Origin: Eledone cirrhosa
Taxonomy: Eukaryota
Assembly (NCBI GenBank): GCA_964016885.1
Contig: OZ024746.1
Coordinates: 85,994,001 to 86,058,000 of the forward strand
Reading direction: 5' to 3'
Length of the DNA stretch: 64,000 nt
The position numbers were made by a program, and so were the translations under genes. The first letter of the stretch is position 1. Every line of letters starts with the position of its first letter. The notes beneath the pieces are model-generated. The model saw nothing but the letters and a program-made list of their open reading frames with translations, was not told where the DNA came from and ran no database searches. Below are positions 40,323 to 55,351 of this stretch, piece by piece.

Positions 40323-40366
40323 CATACACATATATATGTATATATATATAAATATACCCACATATA

Positions 40367-40409
<43 letters not shown>

Positions 40410-40648
40410 AAGTTCAAACACACTGAGCTCATATAACTGTCGTTTCTGAAATAATCATTATACCACCTCCCACACACCCTAACATCCAGCCATCCATTCT
40501 ATCAACTTCCACATCACTACCACTTTCCTGTCACCGAATCAGACAGCCCCCCCCCCCCCCCCCCGATCCCTATCACTACCCCCCCCCCGCCAATCAGCCC
40601 CCGACAGGCTTCAATTTTCCTATACACACACACAACACTCATCATATC

Positions 40649-40688
<40 letters not shown>

Positions 40689-40785
40689 ATATATATATGT
40701 GTATATATATATATAATATATATGTATATGTATATACATGCATATATATATATGAATATATATATATATATATATATATCTACAT

Positions 40786-40854
<69 letters not shown>

Positions 40855-40882
40855 CATACATACATACATACATGCATGCATA

Positions 40883-40954
<72 letters not shown>

Positions 40955-40991
40955 ACATACATGTATAAATACATACATACATGCATGCATA

Positions 40992-41041
<50 letters not shown>

Positions 41042-41129
41042 GCACGTGTGGATATATATATATATATATATATATATCCACACGTGCATATACAAATACA
41101 TATGGAAATGGGATAGTGGGATATGACAG

Positions 41130-42400
41130 AGTTAATAGGAAGGAATTCTGTCTGGTTTGTTGACAACGAGACCGGCTGATAAATTAACATCTCTTGATAG
41201 CAGATTATTCCTGCAAGATATCGCCCGGATGTATTCTCAGCAAACAACACTTGTATATTACAATCGTAATATAAGTGCTGCACCAGATGTTGTTTTGCTG
41301 TACACAGTAAGGTAATGGCTTTTAGAGACCTATGTCTCATTTCTTCCTTTGCCATCCCAGGTTTCCTCAATCTTTCTCTAATTTTAAGTTGACATGTAGT
41401 CATTTTTCTTCTTCCCGAGCACCATACTAACATGTGTAAGCTTTTAAAACTTCAAGAATTATATAGAGCAGTGGTTCACCGAGACTTAGTCCATATTCCT
41501 GCCCTTGCGATCCCAGGTTCGATTCTCCGTGAGACGTTGTGTATTTGAGCGAGACACTTTATTTCACGTTCTTCTAGTCGACTCAACTGAGAAATGATGA
41601 GTTGAACATGTAATTCAAAGGGTTAGCTATGTCACACATTGCGTCATGTTGAACCCCCTCAAGTATTTCGTTAAGGGTACACGTGTCCATAGAATGCTCA
41701 ACCACTTGCAAATTAATTTCACGAGTAGGCTGTTCCATGGTTCACATCATCTGTAACTTATCGTCGTAACCGATTCTACTGTGAAACACTATGGTTACAT
41801 GTTGTCTTCTGGCGAACAATACAAGTGTAAACAGAATTGGAGCAAGGATGTCTCCTTGCTTCACTCAATTTTCAACATCAATTGTAAAGATAAGCGATGA
41901 ATTGGCAGTCATTGGAACATCGGATTAAACGTCTCGGTATTTGTCCCAGCTCTCTGATTTCACAGTTCAAATCCACGCATTTCATCTTTCTCGAGTCGAT
42001 AAATACAGTACCAAACCAGGAAGTGATGAATTGGCGGAATTGTTAAATAGTTGAACGAGATGAGTTGCATGTCATATTTAGCTCTGTGAGTTCTGAGCTC
42101 AAATCCGCCCGCCTTTTTTTTCTGTCAGGGGTTGCGAACAGCAAATGATATCAGTAACAAAAAGATAGAAACATAATTTCATTGGTCTGATCTGACGATC
42201 GGTTTCTTTCGTTGATGGAACGACAGGTTACTTCTAAAATTTAACCTCGCCTTTGTGCCATCATGGAACTGAACCAAAAATGTCAACAGATTTGAGCACC
42301 CAGCCAACCTTTCTTAATATGACCCAGGAGTGCTTTTCTGTTAATTGTGTCAAAAGATAATTGTGTCATAAGATCAATAAAGACTTGATAAAGATTACTA
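41130..42400 (-). mobile_element. Old RTE-type LINE RT relic fragmented by SINEs
   Basis: LYQVFIDL...FDTINRKAL (~42320-42400) and GVKQGDILAPILF (~41815-41870) RT motifs. Confidence 0.55.
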
Positions 42401-42532
42401 CACCCACATACATACCCACCCATATATAGTATATATTTATACACACACACACTCACAGACACACATACGCACATACACATACATACACACATATATATAT
42501 ATATACATATATATACATATATGTATGTATAT

Positions 42533-42794
42533 GTGGAGGCACGTGGCCTAGTGGTAAGAGTGTTGGACTCACTATCATAATGTAGTGGGTTCGATTCCTG
42601 GGTTGCGTGTTGTGTTCTTGAGCAAGACACTTCATTTCACGTTGTTCCAGTATACTCAGCTGAAAATGAGTACCAGCAATAGCTGGAGGTTTAAACCTGC
42701 GATGGACTGGCGTCCTGTCCAGGGGGGAATCTTGTACTCTCAGTCGCTTCACGCCACGAAACCGGGATAAGCACCGGCCAAATGAGCCTTCTGG

Positions 42795-42798
<4 letters not shown>
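42533..42798 (+). mobile_element. tRNA-derived CORE-like SINE, full length
   Basis: A box tggcctagtgg, B box ggttcgattcc, core ttgtgttcttgagcaagacactt, tail ctgcgatggactggcgtcctgtccagg...gaaaccgggataagc. Confidence 0.85.
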
Positions 42799-42848
<50 letters not shown>

Positions 42849-42956
42849 TGCGCATACATATGTGTATGTATATATATATAGTTATAAATATACTCAATCA
42901 CAACATATGACTTGATTTGAGGTCCTCTGATAAAACATAATGGGTAAATCCATTAA

Positions 42957-43032
<76 letters not shown>

Positions 43033-43314
43033 CTCTCTTTCTCTACATATCTATTTATACACACTATTCACATATACACACCTTACTTTGACATATATAT
43101 TCATCAAGGCAGAGTAATTGCTGAGAAATAATTGAAAAAAAAAATGACAATGAAATATACGCAAGGTTATAATGTATACAAACTTAATCTGCAACGTAAA
43201 CAAACTCATAGAATATAAAGTGTGATACTAACTGTTATACTTCGTTGTTGTTGTATTACGTAGATGTGGTGTGGTAAATAAATATATACAGAAATCGAAG
43301 TGTGCGTTGTATAA

Positions 43315-44690
43315 TGATTTCTAGCATAGGCACAAGGACAGGGATTTGGGGGAGGGTAAAAGTCAATTAAATCGACCCCAGTGCGTTACTGGTGCTTTAT
43401 ATTATCGAGCCCGTAAGGATGAAAGGCAACGCTAACCTCGGCAAAGATAAACTCGGCAGGATTTGAACTCAGGTCGTAAAGAAGCGTAATCCTATGTCAT
43501 AAGGCATGTTGTCCGACGCTCTACCGATACTTCCAAACCACCGCCCTAATAAAAGACGTAAATATTAAAAATATCATCACCCCTATCATATCTAACCTAG
43601 TATATCAACAAATAGTAGATCAGAATGTCGAATAGCTTTATTTTATCGACCCCGTAAGGATGAAAGGCCAAGTAAAATAAGTCTCTGACAGAATAAGTAT
43701 ATTGTCAGCAGGAAATATTTACTAAGAATGGAAACTATTATATCGGTAAAGGGCTGGACGCCATGCTTTCTAGCATAGTTACGTCCCTTTACAGTCTGAG
43801 TTCAAATCTCGCCGAGGTTAACTTTGCCTTTCATCCGTACGGGGTCGATAAAATAAAGTACCAGTAATGTACTGGGTATTTGCTGGTCTTGTGCCAAAAG
43901 TAGAAACAATTATTATGAGACTCTGTCTCAGTCAGGACATAAGGATAAAATAACTTACATTCCCAAGAATATTATAAATCAAAGCCTTTCATCTGTGATA
44001 TATTTAGGGTATATAGGAGGAATAATAATTGTTTCTACTTTTGGCACAAGGCAAGCAATGACCCAGTACATTACTGGTACTTTATTTTATCGAGCCCGTA
44101 AGGATGAAAGGCAAAGTCAACCTCGGCGGGATTTGAACTCAGAATGGCAATAATACCCAATGTTTAATGAATGGATTCTATGACAGTTCACCTTACAGAA
44201 GTATCAAGTTATAAACAACTTTATATATGGAATATATGTAAATGTAGTTTAATAGAAACAGAAAAAACCCCAGAAAATTTAGATGGAGAAGAATGGAATG
44301 TAAAATAGGAAAATATATAAAAGATAAAAGAGAATAAGAAAGAAAAAAACGGGAGTGGAGGGAATGGCAAAGACACTAGAATGAGGAGGGGGAGGGTGGA
44401 TGATTGGGCTATGGGCTTAGGTCTGAACATAATGGAATCAAATTCCCATTGTCACTGCCTCCGTATCTCTCGCTCTCCTCATCTATCACTATTGGTGGAT
44501 TGCCAGTATCGGTAGAGGGGTCGGACGCCATGCTTTGCAGCATAGAGTTACGCCCCTTTACGGCCTGAGTTCAAATCCCGCCGATGTTAACTTTGCCTTT
44601 CATCCTTATGGGGGGGGGGGGTCGATAAAATAAAGTACCAGTAATGCACTGGGATAATTGCTGGCCTTGTGCCAAAAGTAGAAACAATTC
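43315..44690. mobile_element. Cluster of Deu/Nin-like SINEs in alternating orientation
   Basis: ~43315-43547(-), 43742-43915(+), 44024-44150(-), 44494-44690(+). Confidence 0.75.
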
Positions 44691-45016
44691 TAAGCAACTG
44701 GGGGCCGGCGCACTATCCGCCCCGCGGCCGCAGTGGACAGAATAGAGAAGGGTGAGGGAGATGCGTTGGAAGAGTCATTGCAGCTCGTGACGCTCACACC
44801 TGCGGGTAGCCAACACCCTCCAGCCAGTGGTGAGTAGGGAGGTGGTCCTAGGGCCATGGGAGGCAATTCGACATGCTAGAAATAGCAGCTAAATATTATT
44901 CAAGCCCCAGTAAACCGTCTTACGAAGAGGACAGATTATTGAATAATGTCTTAGCTGTGTCATGTGACTTGATCTGAGATTACGTATTGAAACTGAACTG
45001 AACGTTGCGAAAGATA

Positions 45017-46345
<1,329 letters not shown>

Positions 46346-46744
46346 GTAATGTACGCAATTAGTTGTCGTGTGTGGCCCTCAGATAACAGATATGTGACCC
46401 ATGTGGCCTTCGGGTGACCCTTAGTTTGACATATCATCCATCCAGGACGTGACATAACTGCATGTACATGTTTAGTTCCTAAAGTGTAAACATTTTCCTC
46501 ACGATTATGCTACATGACACATCAACAAAGTGAATATTACAGTTTCTGTGAGTTATTATTTAAATGGCTAAAATGGCTGCCTGATATAATCACTTCAGTT
46601 TCAACACACGGTCTTACATCAAATCACTGCTAAACAAGTATCTACCACTACGAAGTTAGGGTTAGGGTTAGGGTTATTAAATAATGTGTCCTTCCATTTT
46701 GTAAGACGGTTTAGTGTAGTTTGAAGGACGATCTGAAACTCTGT

Positions 46745-47750
46745 TTCAACTTCAGTCACAACTTCAGTCACAACTTCAGTTACAACTTGTCTCAACCCCC
46801 ATCACAGTATCAACCTCAGTTACAATTCCAGTCACAACTTGTCTCAACCCCAGTCACACTATAAACCTCAGTTACAACCTCAGTTACAACGTCAGTTACA
46901 ACTCCAGTAATAACTTGTCTCAACCCCAGTCACACTATAAACCTCAGTTACAACTCCAGTAATAACTTGTCTCAACGCCAGTCACACTATCAACCTCAGT
47001 TACAACCTCAATTACAAACTCAATTATAACCTCAATTACAACCTCAGTTACAACCTCAGTTACAACTCCAGTCACAACTTGTCTCAACCCCAGTCACACT
47101 ATAAACCTCAGTTACAACGTCAGTTACAACTCCAGTAATAACTTGTCTCAACCCCAGTCACACTATCAACCTCAGTTACAACCTCAGTTACAACTCCAGT
47201 AATAACTTGTCTCAACGCCAGTCACACTATCAACCTCAGTTACAACATCAGTTACAACTCCAGTCACAACTTGTCTCAACCCCAGTCACACTATCAACCT
47301 CAGTTACAACCTCAGTTACAACTCCAGTCACAACTTGTCTCAACCCCAGTCACACTATAAACCTCAGTTACAACCTCAGTTACAACTCCAGTAATAACTT
47401 GTCTCAACCCCAGTCACACTATCAACCTCAGTTACAACCTCAGTTACAACTCCAGTAATAACTTGTCTCAACGCCAGTCACACTATCAACCTCAGTTACA
47501 ACCTCAATTACAAACTCAATTACAAACTCAATTATAACCTCAATTACAACCTCAGTTGCAACCTCAATTACAACCTCAGTTACAACCTCAGTTACAACCT
47601 CAGTTACAACTCCAGTCACAACTTGTCTCAACTTCAGTAACAATCTCAACTTCAGTTACAACCTCAGTCACAACTCCAGTCACACCTTATCTCAACCTCA
47701 GTAACAATCTCAACCTCAGTTACAACCTCAGTCACAACCTCAGTCACAAC
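46745..47750. repeat. Hierarchical minisatellite built on a 12-bp unit (ACCTCAGTTACA)
   Basis: 12-mers interspersed with a recurring acttgtctcaaccccagtcacactat block every ~55-70 bp. Confidence 0.9.
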
Positions 47751-48440
47751 TTAACATTAATAATTGAGCCCATTCTGTAGGCAGACATGTCAACCCTCCC
47801 CGTTCTGCGGGGAGATCTCCCACCCACTTTGGGGTAGATGAGAAGTGTCTTCTCTTGTGAAAATGGGTATAGCTTTCATTTTTGTAAAATCTCCCCATTT
47901 TGTACCATTTCTTCTCGTTTTGGGGCACCTTTTTTTCATAGCACTCCCTGTTTGGGTTTTTAGTTGTTGGCAGGCCTGATTCAGTAAGTTTTCTTTAGAG
48001 CATAGTTGCGTTGTCTTAACATATTATATAAATCTTTCAGTTGGAATATCATCTGTAATAACAGTCAATTAGTGTTAATTATACAGCACTCAGTAATAAA
48101 TTATACTAATTATATTTAATTATACTAATTATATTAATTATATACAGCAACAAAAAGAAATGGAAAGTTTCTAATTACATACTTCGTCATCACTTTGGTC
48201 TTGGCTATATTTATATTTTTCTCAGCAGGGTTGGATTTAAGCAACTAGGGGTCATGAGCTAGAGAACAATGAGGTCTCCAGCACCTGCTCGAAAGAACTT
48301 AATGACAATTATAAGTACATTAATGTATGTCTACAACGAACGATGTTGAAATCCCAGCATCGGTCCATCCGACCTTGGGTTTCATAGCTATATTTTAATA
48401 TAATGTATGGGATTTCTCGTAATGTACTTTTTGGTGATGT

Positions 48441-48666
48441 ATAATTGTTTCTACTTTTGGCACAAGGCCAGCAATTACCCAGTACATTATTGGTACTTTA
48501 TTTTATCGACCTCGTAAGGATGAAAGGCAAAGTTAACCTCGGCGGGATTTGAACTCAGAACCCTTCCGAGGTTAACTTTGTTTTCATCCTTACGGGGTCG
48601 ATAAAATAAAGTACCAGTAATGCAGGGGATAATTGCTGGCCTTGTACCAAAAGTAGAAACAATTAT
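48441..48666. mobile_element. Head-to-head inverted pair of 5'-truncated Deu/Nin-like SINEs
   Basis: ~100-bp inverted arms around a ~20-nt spacer. Confidence 0.85.
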
Positions 48667-49269
48667 TATTATTAAAAAATACCCTTAAGTTTAGAAATAT
48701 TTTTCTTTATTTAAAATCATTATTTAAACACTGTAATAATATACAGAGCTGTGACACCTACACTAGTGGCAACCTGGTGTCTTAGGATACGCAGCCTTTG
48801 TGCGTCCATCGCACACTTCTCAGGACAGGTCGTAGGCTCATCGCCAGTCCTTGAAGTGTTGGATGGAGGCTGCAGTGTATATTTTACGAACAGCTGCTCC
48901 CTTTACCTAAAACAAGATCCTACGCGAAGGGCGATACTATATGCCTGCTTTTATTGCATCTAACCATATTACAGTGTTTTGGTGGTCTTATTCACGCCAG
49001 TCACCAATTTGGTATTTTCTCAAGCCCATGAAATCCAGGCTATTTTTAGACACACTCTTTACTCGCCTCTTCGTAGCTACACAACTGGGTTGTGACAGAT
49101 TTCTTGGGAACTGTAGGTGTCACCTATTGTTCCATCCCAGTTAGTAGTTTACTGGTATTAGTCCGGGGTTGCTTATTCGTCTGGCTGGAGCCCGCTTATA
49201 TCGCAACTAACTATTATATCTGGTGGCCGTACTCTATTCACTGCATGCAAACCGTTCTCTAACAGAACA

Positions 49270-49740
49270 GCTCTATTTACGGTCATGAAATTTGAGTAGT
49301 GTTCAAAAGAATACGACCGTGAATACAGGCAACTGAAATGGGGTTCCTCCGAAGGGTCTTTGGAGTAACGTTACTTGATAGAATGCGTAGCTCGGAGATC
49401 ACGCCAGTGAGAGACGCTACTTTTCTTAATTGAGAGATCACAGCTCCGATACTATGGACTTGTGGTCAGAATGTCTAAGGAAAGAATCGCTGGATAGATT
49501 TTACGGGTAAAACCAACCGACGGGAGACTCAGGAGATCTCGGTTTGTCTCGCTTGGGGATACAATCGGATCAATTGGAAAAAGAAGAAAGAAAGAAGAAG
49601 AAGAAGAAGAAGAAGAAGAAGAAGAAGAAGAAGAAGAAGAAGAAGAAGAAGAAGAAGAAACAAAAGAAGAAGAAGAAGCAGAAGAAGAAGAAGAAGAAGA
49701 AGAAGAAGAAGAAGAAGAAGAAGAAGAAGAAGAAGAAAAC
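49270..49740 (+). mobile_element. RTE (Rex3-like) LINE 3' end with long (GAA)n tail
   Basis: IQATEMGFLRRVFGVTLLDRMRSSEI...ERSQLRYYGLVVRM; poly-GAA at ~49580-49740. Confidence 0.75.
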
Positions 49741-50221
49741 GGAAAAAAAGGAGAAATGAAAAAAATAGTGGAGTAAATTAAAACGTCTAATAATCTTAAT
49801 TTACTGTTTATTTCGTAAAGTTACTAATGGAAAACAAATGCTGATTCTCACAATGTAAATACTTATAAGCTCTATACATGTTTAACGTATCTAGTGATAA
49901 CATGTGAGAAAGTGAAAGAAGGAAGTAAGGCCAAGTGTTAGAAGCTATAATTGAATAATCTATTCACTACTTATCAAATAAGATATTAGATATTTTATAT
50001 AACAAAACAATATCATAACAGTTTTTGGTTACAAACTTATCTTGTATTTAGAAATAAACTTTCTCCCCGTCTTTTTTTCTTCTATATTTCCCTATTCTTT
50101 CTTTCCGTTTGGTTTCTACTTTTTTTTTTTTTTTTCTGTACAATATATGTACTGAATATGTATAGATATGGTTGCTGAGCAGGATTTGTGTTTTCTTTGA
50201 TATACACATGTCTAAATGTAC

Positions 50222-52243
50222 ATTCTGAGTTCAAATCCCGCCGAGGTTAACTTTGCCTTTCATCCTTACGGGGTCGATAAAATAAAGTACCAGTAATACA
50301 CTGGGTAATTTGCTGGCCTTGTGCCAAAAATAGAAACAATTATTGTATATTGGGGCGGTGGATTATCGAAAATCAGTAGAGTATCGAAAAGCCTGCTTTG
50401 CTGCATAGAGTTACGGCCCTTTACACTCTGAGTTTAAATCCCACCGAGATTAACTTTGCCTTTCATCCTTACAGGGATCGATGAAATAAAATACCAGTAA
50501 CGCACTGGGGTCGATTTAATCGATTTTCTCCTTTCCCTAAAATTGATGGCCTGGTGCCTAAATTAGAAATCATTATTATGAGATTGGCAGTATCGGTAGA
50601 GAGTCGGACGCCATGCTATGCAGTATAGAGTTACGACCCTTTACGGTCTGAGTTCAAATCCTGTCGAAGTTAACTTTCATTCTTACGGAGTCGATAAAAT
50701 AAAGTACCAGTAATGCACTGGGTTAATTGCTGGCCTTGTGCCAAAAGTAGAAACAATTATTATTGTATATTGATATCTATACTAACTTTTTTAAACAATC
50801 AAACCTTTATTATGTGTATTATCAGTATAATTCAAAATGAAAGATGTAAAGATATATCTATTTTAATTATTATCCAACAAAAATATATATTTATTTGTAA
50901 TTTAAAATATACTTTAAGATATATTTACTTAAGAATAAAGGAATTAAATTTGAAAGAATATTTAATTCTAAAGACTATTGACACTATATATATCTGTTAC
51001 TCACCAATAGGCAAGACCATACTTCTAAATTATAATTTACTATTCGACATTTTGATCAACTATTTGTTGATATACTAGGTAACATGTTGTCATGCTGGTT
51101 AGATATGTTAGGGGTGATTATATTTTTAATATCTATGTCTTAGTTAGGGCGGTGGATTGGAAGTATCGGTAGAGCGTCGGACAACATGCCTTATGACATA
51201 GGGTTACGTTTCTTTACGATCTGAGTTCAAATTCTGCCGAGCTTAGCTTTGCCTTTCATCATTACGGGCTCGATAAAATACAGTACCATTTATACACTGG
51301 GGTCGATTTAATCGACCCCCCCCCCCCCCCCCAAACCGTTGGTCTTGTGCCTAAATCAGAAAAAAACATTCATGTCTTTAGTACATAGGTTTCTTTATTT
51401 AACTTAGTTAATGGTTTATTAATATAACTTCAGCGTTTGGTAATCAGAAGAAGGGAGGTAGGTGTAAAAGCCAAACTCGATATCGTTAATTCGGTATTCG
51501 TGTCAACCCTTACCTTATCATAAATCTTGGGAAATGACCGAAAGAATATAATAGCGAATACAAGCGGCTGAAATAGGGTTTCTCCGAAGGGACTTTGGAG
51601 TAACGTTATTCGATAGAGTGTATAGCTCGGTGATCAGAGAGTCATTTCAGGTAAAGCCACATCTCCAAATTGAGAGATCACAGCTCCGATACTACGGACA
51701 TGTTGTTAGAATGTCTAAGGAAAAAATCGCGAATCAGATTTTATGGGTAAAACCAACCAACAGCGACCACAACGACTATGTGAGTTATAATCACACTTAC
51801 TATTATTCTATATAAGAAACTATTTAAAGGGCAGTGGATTGGCAGTATCGGTAGAGAGTCGGGCACCATACTTTGCAGCATAGAGTTACGGTCCTTTACG
51901 GTCTGGGTTCAAATCCCGCCGAGGTTAACTTTGCTTTTCATTCCTTACATGGTCGATAGTATAAAATACCAGTAACGTACTGGTGTCGTTTAATCGACTT
52001 TCTCCACCGCCCAAATTACTGGCTTTGTACTTATACTAGAAATCATTACAATCTAGAGCGGTGGATTGGCAGTATCGGTAGAGAGTCGGACGCCATGCTT
52101 TGCAGCATAGTTACGTCCCTCTACGGTCTGAGTTCAAATGCCGCCGAGGTTCACTTTGCCTTTCATCCTTACAGGGTCGATAAAATAAAGTACCAGTAAT
52201 GCACTGGGTTATTGCTGGCCTTGTGCCAAAAGTAGAAACAATT
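50222..52243 (+). mobile_element. Six co-oriented Deu/Nin-like SINEs plus an RTE fragment (51440-51770)
   Basis: Copies at ~50222, 50353, 50583, 51147, 51829 and 52058; RTE peptide IQAAEIGFLRR...IERSQLRYYGHVVRM. Confidence 0.8.
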
Positions 52244-52365
52244 ACTATCTAGGGTGGTTAGAGTATAGTCATTCATTAGGTTTATAGTAATGTTTATGAA
52301 GTCGTGTTTAAAGTCTAGTGGTATACCTAAGACCTTTACATTTTACACTTTCTAATAATCATAAT

Positions 52366-52675
52366 GTGAAGGCGTGTGGTTTTGTGGTTAGGGTATTCGG
52401 TTCACAATCGTAAGGTCATACGTTCGATTTACAATGGTGCTTTGTGTCCTTGAGCAAGACACTTTATTTCACGTTGCTCCAGTCGATTCAGCAGGCAAAA
52501 AAATGAGTTGTACTTGTAATTTGAAGGGTTAGCGCCTTATCACCCTGAGAACTACGATAAGGGTACACACATTTGTGGAATGCTCAGCACTTGCAAGTTA
52601 ATTTCATGAGCAGGCTGTTCCGTTCATCGGATCAACTGGAACACTCGTCGTCGTAACCGATGGAGTACCAGTTGG
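52366..52675 (+). mobile_element. tRNA-derived SINE (CORE-like head, distinct tail)
   Basis: ttgtgtccttgagcaagacactttatttcacgttgctccagt...ttaatttcatgagcaggctgttccgtt; related copies at ~995, 3862(-), 6880(-) and 41470. Confidence 0.75.
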
Positions 52676-53488
52676 TTAGTTTAACAATTTTAATGCCCAT
52701 AAAGTCTTGTTTAAATTCTAATGCTATATCTAAAATATTTATAGTTTTACAATTTCTAACAATTGTAATGGCTAGATCATAATTCTTAAAAATGCTGTAC
52801 ATATTGCGCTTAATTTTCTTCAGGCTATGAAGTGTAACTAATAATCTTAAGAGTAAACAAAGCATCGTTTCTATATAACGCCCCACCATATTTGGATATC
52901 ATACGTTAATGTATATAAAAAAAACAAACCAACAAGTTTTGTGATCTGCACAGAGTCACCAGACCCCATGGCTATATCAAACTTATCCTCTCTGTGTTTT
53001 TCTGGTCCAGTAAAAACACCCATCAAATTCAATCAGTGTATGCCTGGCAGCAGCAATAATATCAGCTTTCTGTTTTGTTTAATTAGCCAACATTTTAGTT
53101 AGGATAACGACTTTATTTAGTAGAATTCAAGATATAGAAGAATAAAGATATAAAATTGAAAAAATTTAGTTCGTTTCTTTTTATTTAGTTCTACAGAACA
53201 AGCATTCACTTCGTCTGTATTACCACACAAATAGAGTCCTACCATCTTCTTTACAATTGGTATAAATATATCTACTTCAGAGGTTCTCAAAGTAGCTCCC
53301 CCACCGCCGCCTAGCCCCTCCATGGTAGGGGGCCGGAGGGGTCATTGAGTAGGTCCAGGGGGCACTGGGTCAAATGATATATATTATATATAAATATAGT
53401 AAAATAAAAAATATATAATATTTATTTATATATAGTATATATTATATTATTTATTATATATAAATTTCCGATATTATTTTTTATATAT

Positions 53489-53680
53489 GGCGGTGGATTG
53501 GCAGTATCGGTAGAGGGTCGGACGCTCTGCTTTGACGTATAGAGTTACGGCCCTTGCCATTCTGAGTTCAAATCCCGCCGAGGTTAACTTTGCCTTTCAT
53601 CCTTACGGGGTCGATAAAATAAAGTACCAGTAATGTACTGGGTAGTTTCTGGCCTTGTGCCAAACGTAGAAACAATTATT
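53489..53680 (+). mobile_element. Deu/Nin-like SINE, full length
   Basis: Consensus-like copy with A/B boxes. Confidence 0.8.
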
Positions 53681-54202
53681 TTTTATATATTTTTTATAAT
53701 TTGCGTGTAGGCAGGTCTCTCAGGTCTCTTTGGAAATGGTGGTGGTGGTGGTGGTGGTGGTGGGGGTCCTGAGGGTATTACATGATCTTGAGGGGGGCGG
53801 TGGCCAAAACGTTTGAGTACCTCTGATCTGCTTGTTTAATTAAACGTCCTATATCTTTTGTTATTCTCGGTCAGATTTCTACACATTATCATTCTGTTCA
53901 AAGAAAGACCTTTCAAAATCGAATTAGTTGCCTGTCTGAGACAAAGAATTAATTCCGTTTATTATTAGTGTTGATCGAGTCATTCAAGATGTATTGATAT
54001 GAGTTGCCATCGTGCAACGATGACGAAGTTAGATTCATTCAGATATATATATATCTCAAAATTATTTTTGAAAAGCATTAGAAATGCGCAACCGGTAAAA
54101 CTTAAAACCAAAACTGAATACTAACCAATACTAATTTTTACTTATTCCTAATTAAACTATTTTTCACTGGGAACAATTTGTCAGCATTTTCTTTTCCTTT
54201 TA

Positions 54203-54306
<104 letters not shown>

Positions 54307-54569
54307 TAGTTGTACAACTTATTAGCAAACCATCTTCAAGGACACGTGTTTCACCCCCGACGGACTTTTGACATTTCAGTAATTCCTTTATTGAGTAATT
54401 AATTATACAATGCGAACCTGATGATGTCGCCCAGATTTTACGTAACCTGGCCATTGAAATACATATGGTGTTTTTACAACAAACTTTAAAGGAACTTCAC
54501 TAATCCGGCCCCCTATCATTTTAATCAAAATAATATATATATATATCAGGCTAGAATCAGTTTAAAAAT

Positions 54570-54685
54570 AGTTAGACCATTACTCAACAGAGTACTCAAT
54601 ACTTGGGGTAGTAGAGTATGGCTATGTTATAAAAAGTCGGGACCCGACGACTGAGCTCTAGTCGTTTAAACAGCTAGTTCTGGAC
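54570..54685 (-). mobile_element. HHR family B element, diverged non-palindromic copy
   Basis: Minus strand tccagaactagctgtt-taaACGACT-agagctc-AGTCGTc-gggtc...ctctactaccccaagtattgagtactctg matches the family B tail. Confidence 0.6.
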
Positions 54686-54853
54686 ACACACACACACACA
54701 CACACATGCACATGGCCAAAAGAAGTATCGACAAGCATTATGACCAATGCATTAACAATGGCACCAATCCACCAACCCTGGACTTTATTTATCGTCCTTG
54801 AAAGGATGAAAGTGACAGTTGACCTCGAAAGGATTTGAAATTAGAACACTAAT

Positions 54854-55351
54854 TAACCCTAACCCTAACCCTAACCCTAACTAACCCTAACGCTAACCCT
54901 AACTCTAACCCTAACCCTAACCCTAACTCTAACCCTAACGCTAACCCTAACCCTAACCCTAACTAACCCTAACCCTAACGCTAACCCTAACTAACCCTAA
55001 CTCTAACCCTAACCCTAACCCTAACTCTAACCCTAACGCTAACCCTAACCCTAACCCCAACCCTAACTAACCCTAACCCTAACCCTAACGCTAACCCTAA
55101 CTCTAACCCTAACCCTAACCCTAACTCTAACCCTAACCCTAACCCTAACTCTAACCCTAACCCTAACGCTAACCCTAACCCTAACTAACCCTAACCCTAA
55201 CCCTAACTAGCCCTAACCCTAACCCTAACTCTAACCCTAACCCTAACTAACCCTAACCCTAACCCTAATCCTAACCCTAACTAACCCTAACCCTAACTAA
55301 CCCTAACCCTAACTAACCCTAACCCTAACTAACCCTAACCCTAACCCTAAC
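54854..55351 (-). repeat. Interstitial telomeric array (CCCTAA)n with variant units
   Basis: ~500 bp; variants CGCTAA, CTCTAA and 4-nt CTAA. Confidence 0.95.

Noticed and set aside
42533-42605. tRNA gene
   Set aside because: The A/B boxes belong to a SINE head; no full cloverleaf, and the sequence continues into the SINE body.
43959-43992. Possible minus-strand micro-exon (cag|...|gtaagt)
   Set aside because: 34 nt (frame-shifting), weak polypyrimidine tract, and no SLC6 similarity.
49544-49759. Poly-Lys ORF
   Set aside because: (GAA)n tail of an RTE LINE.
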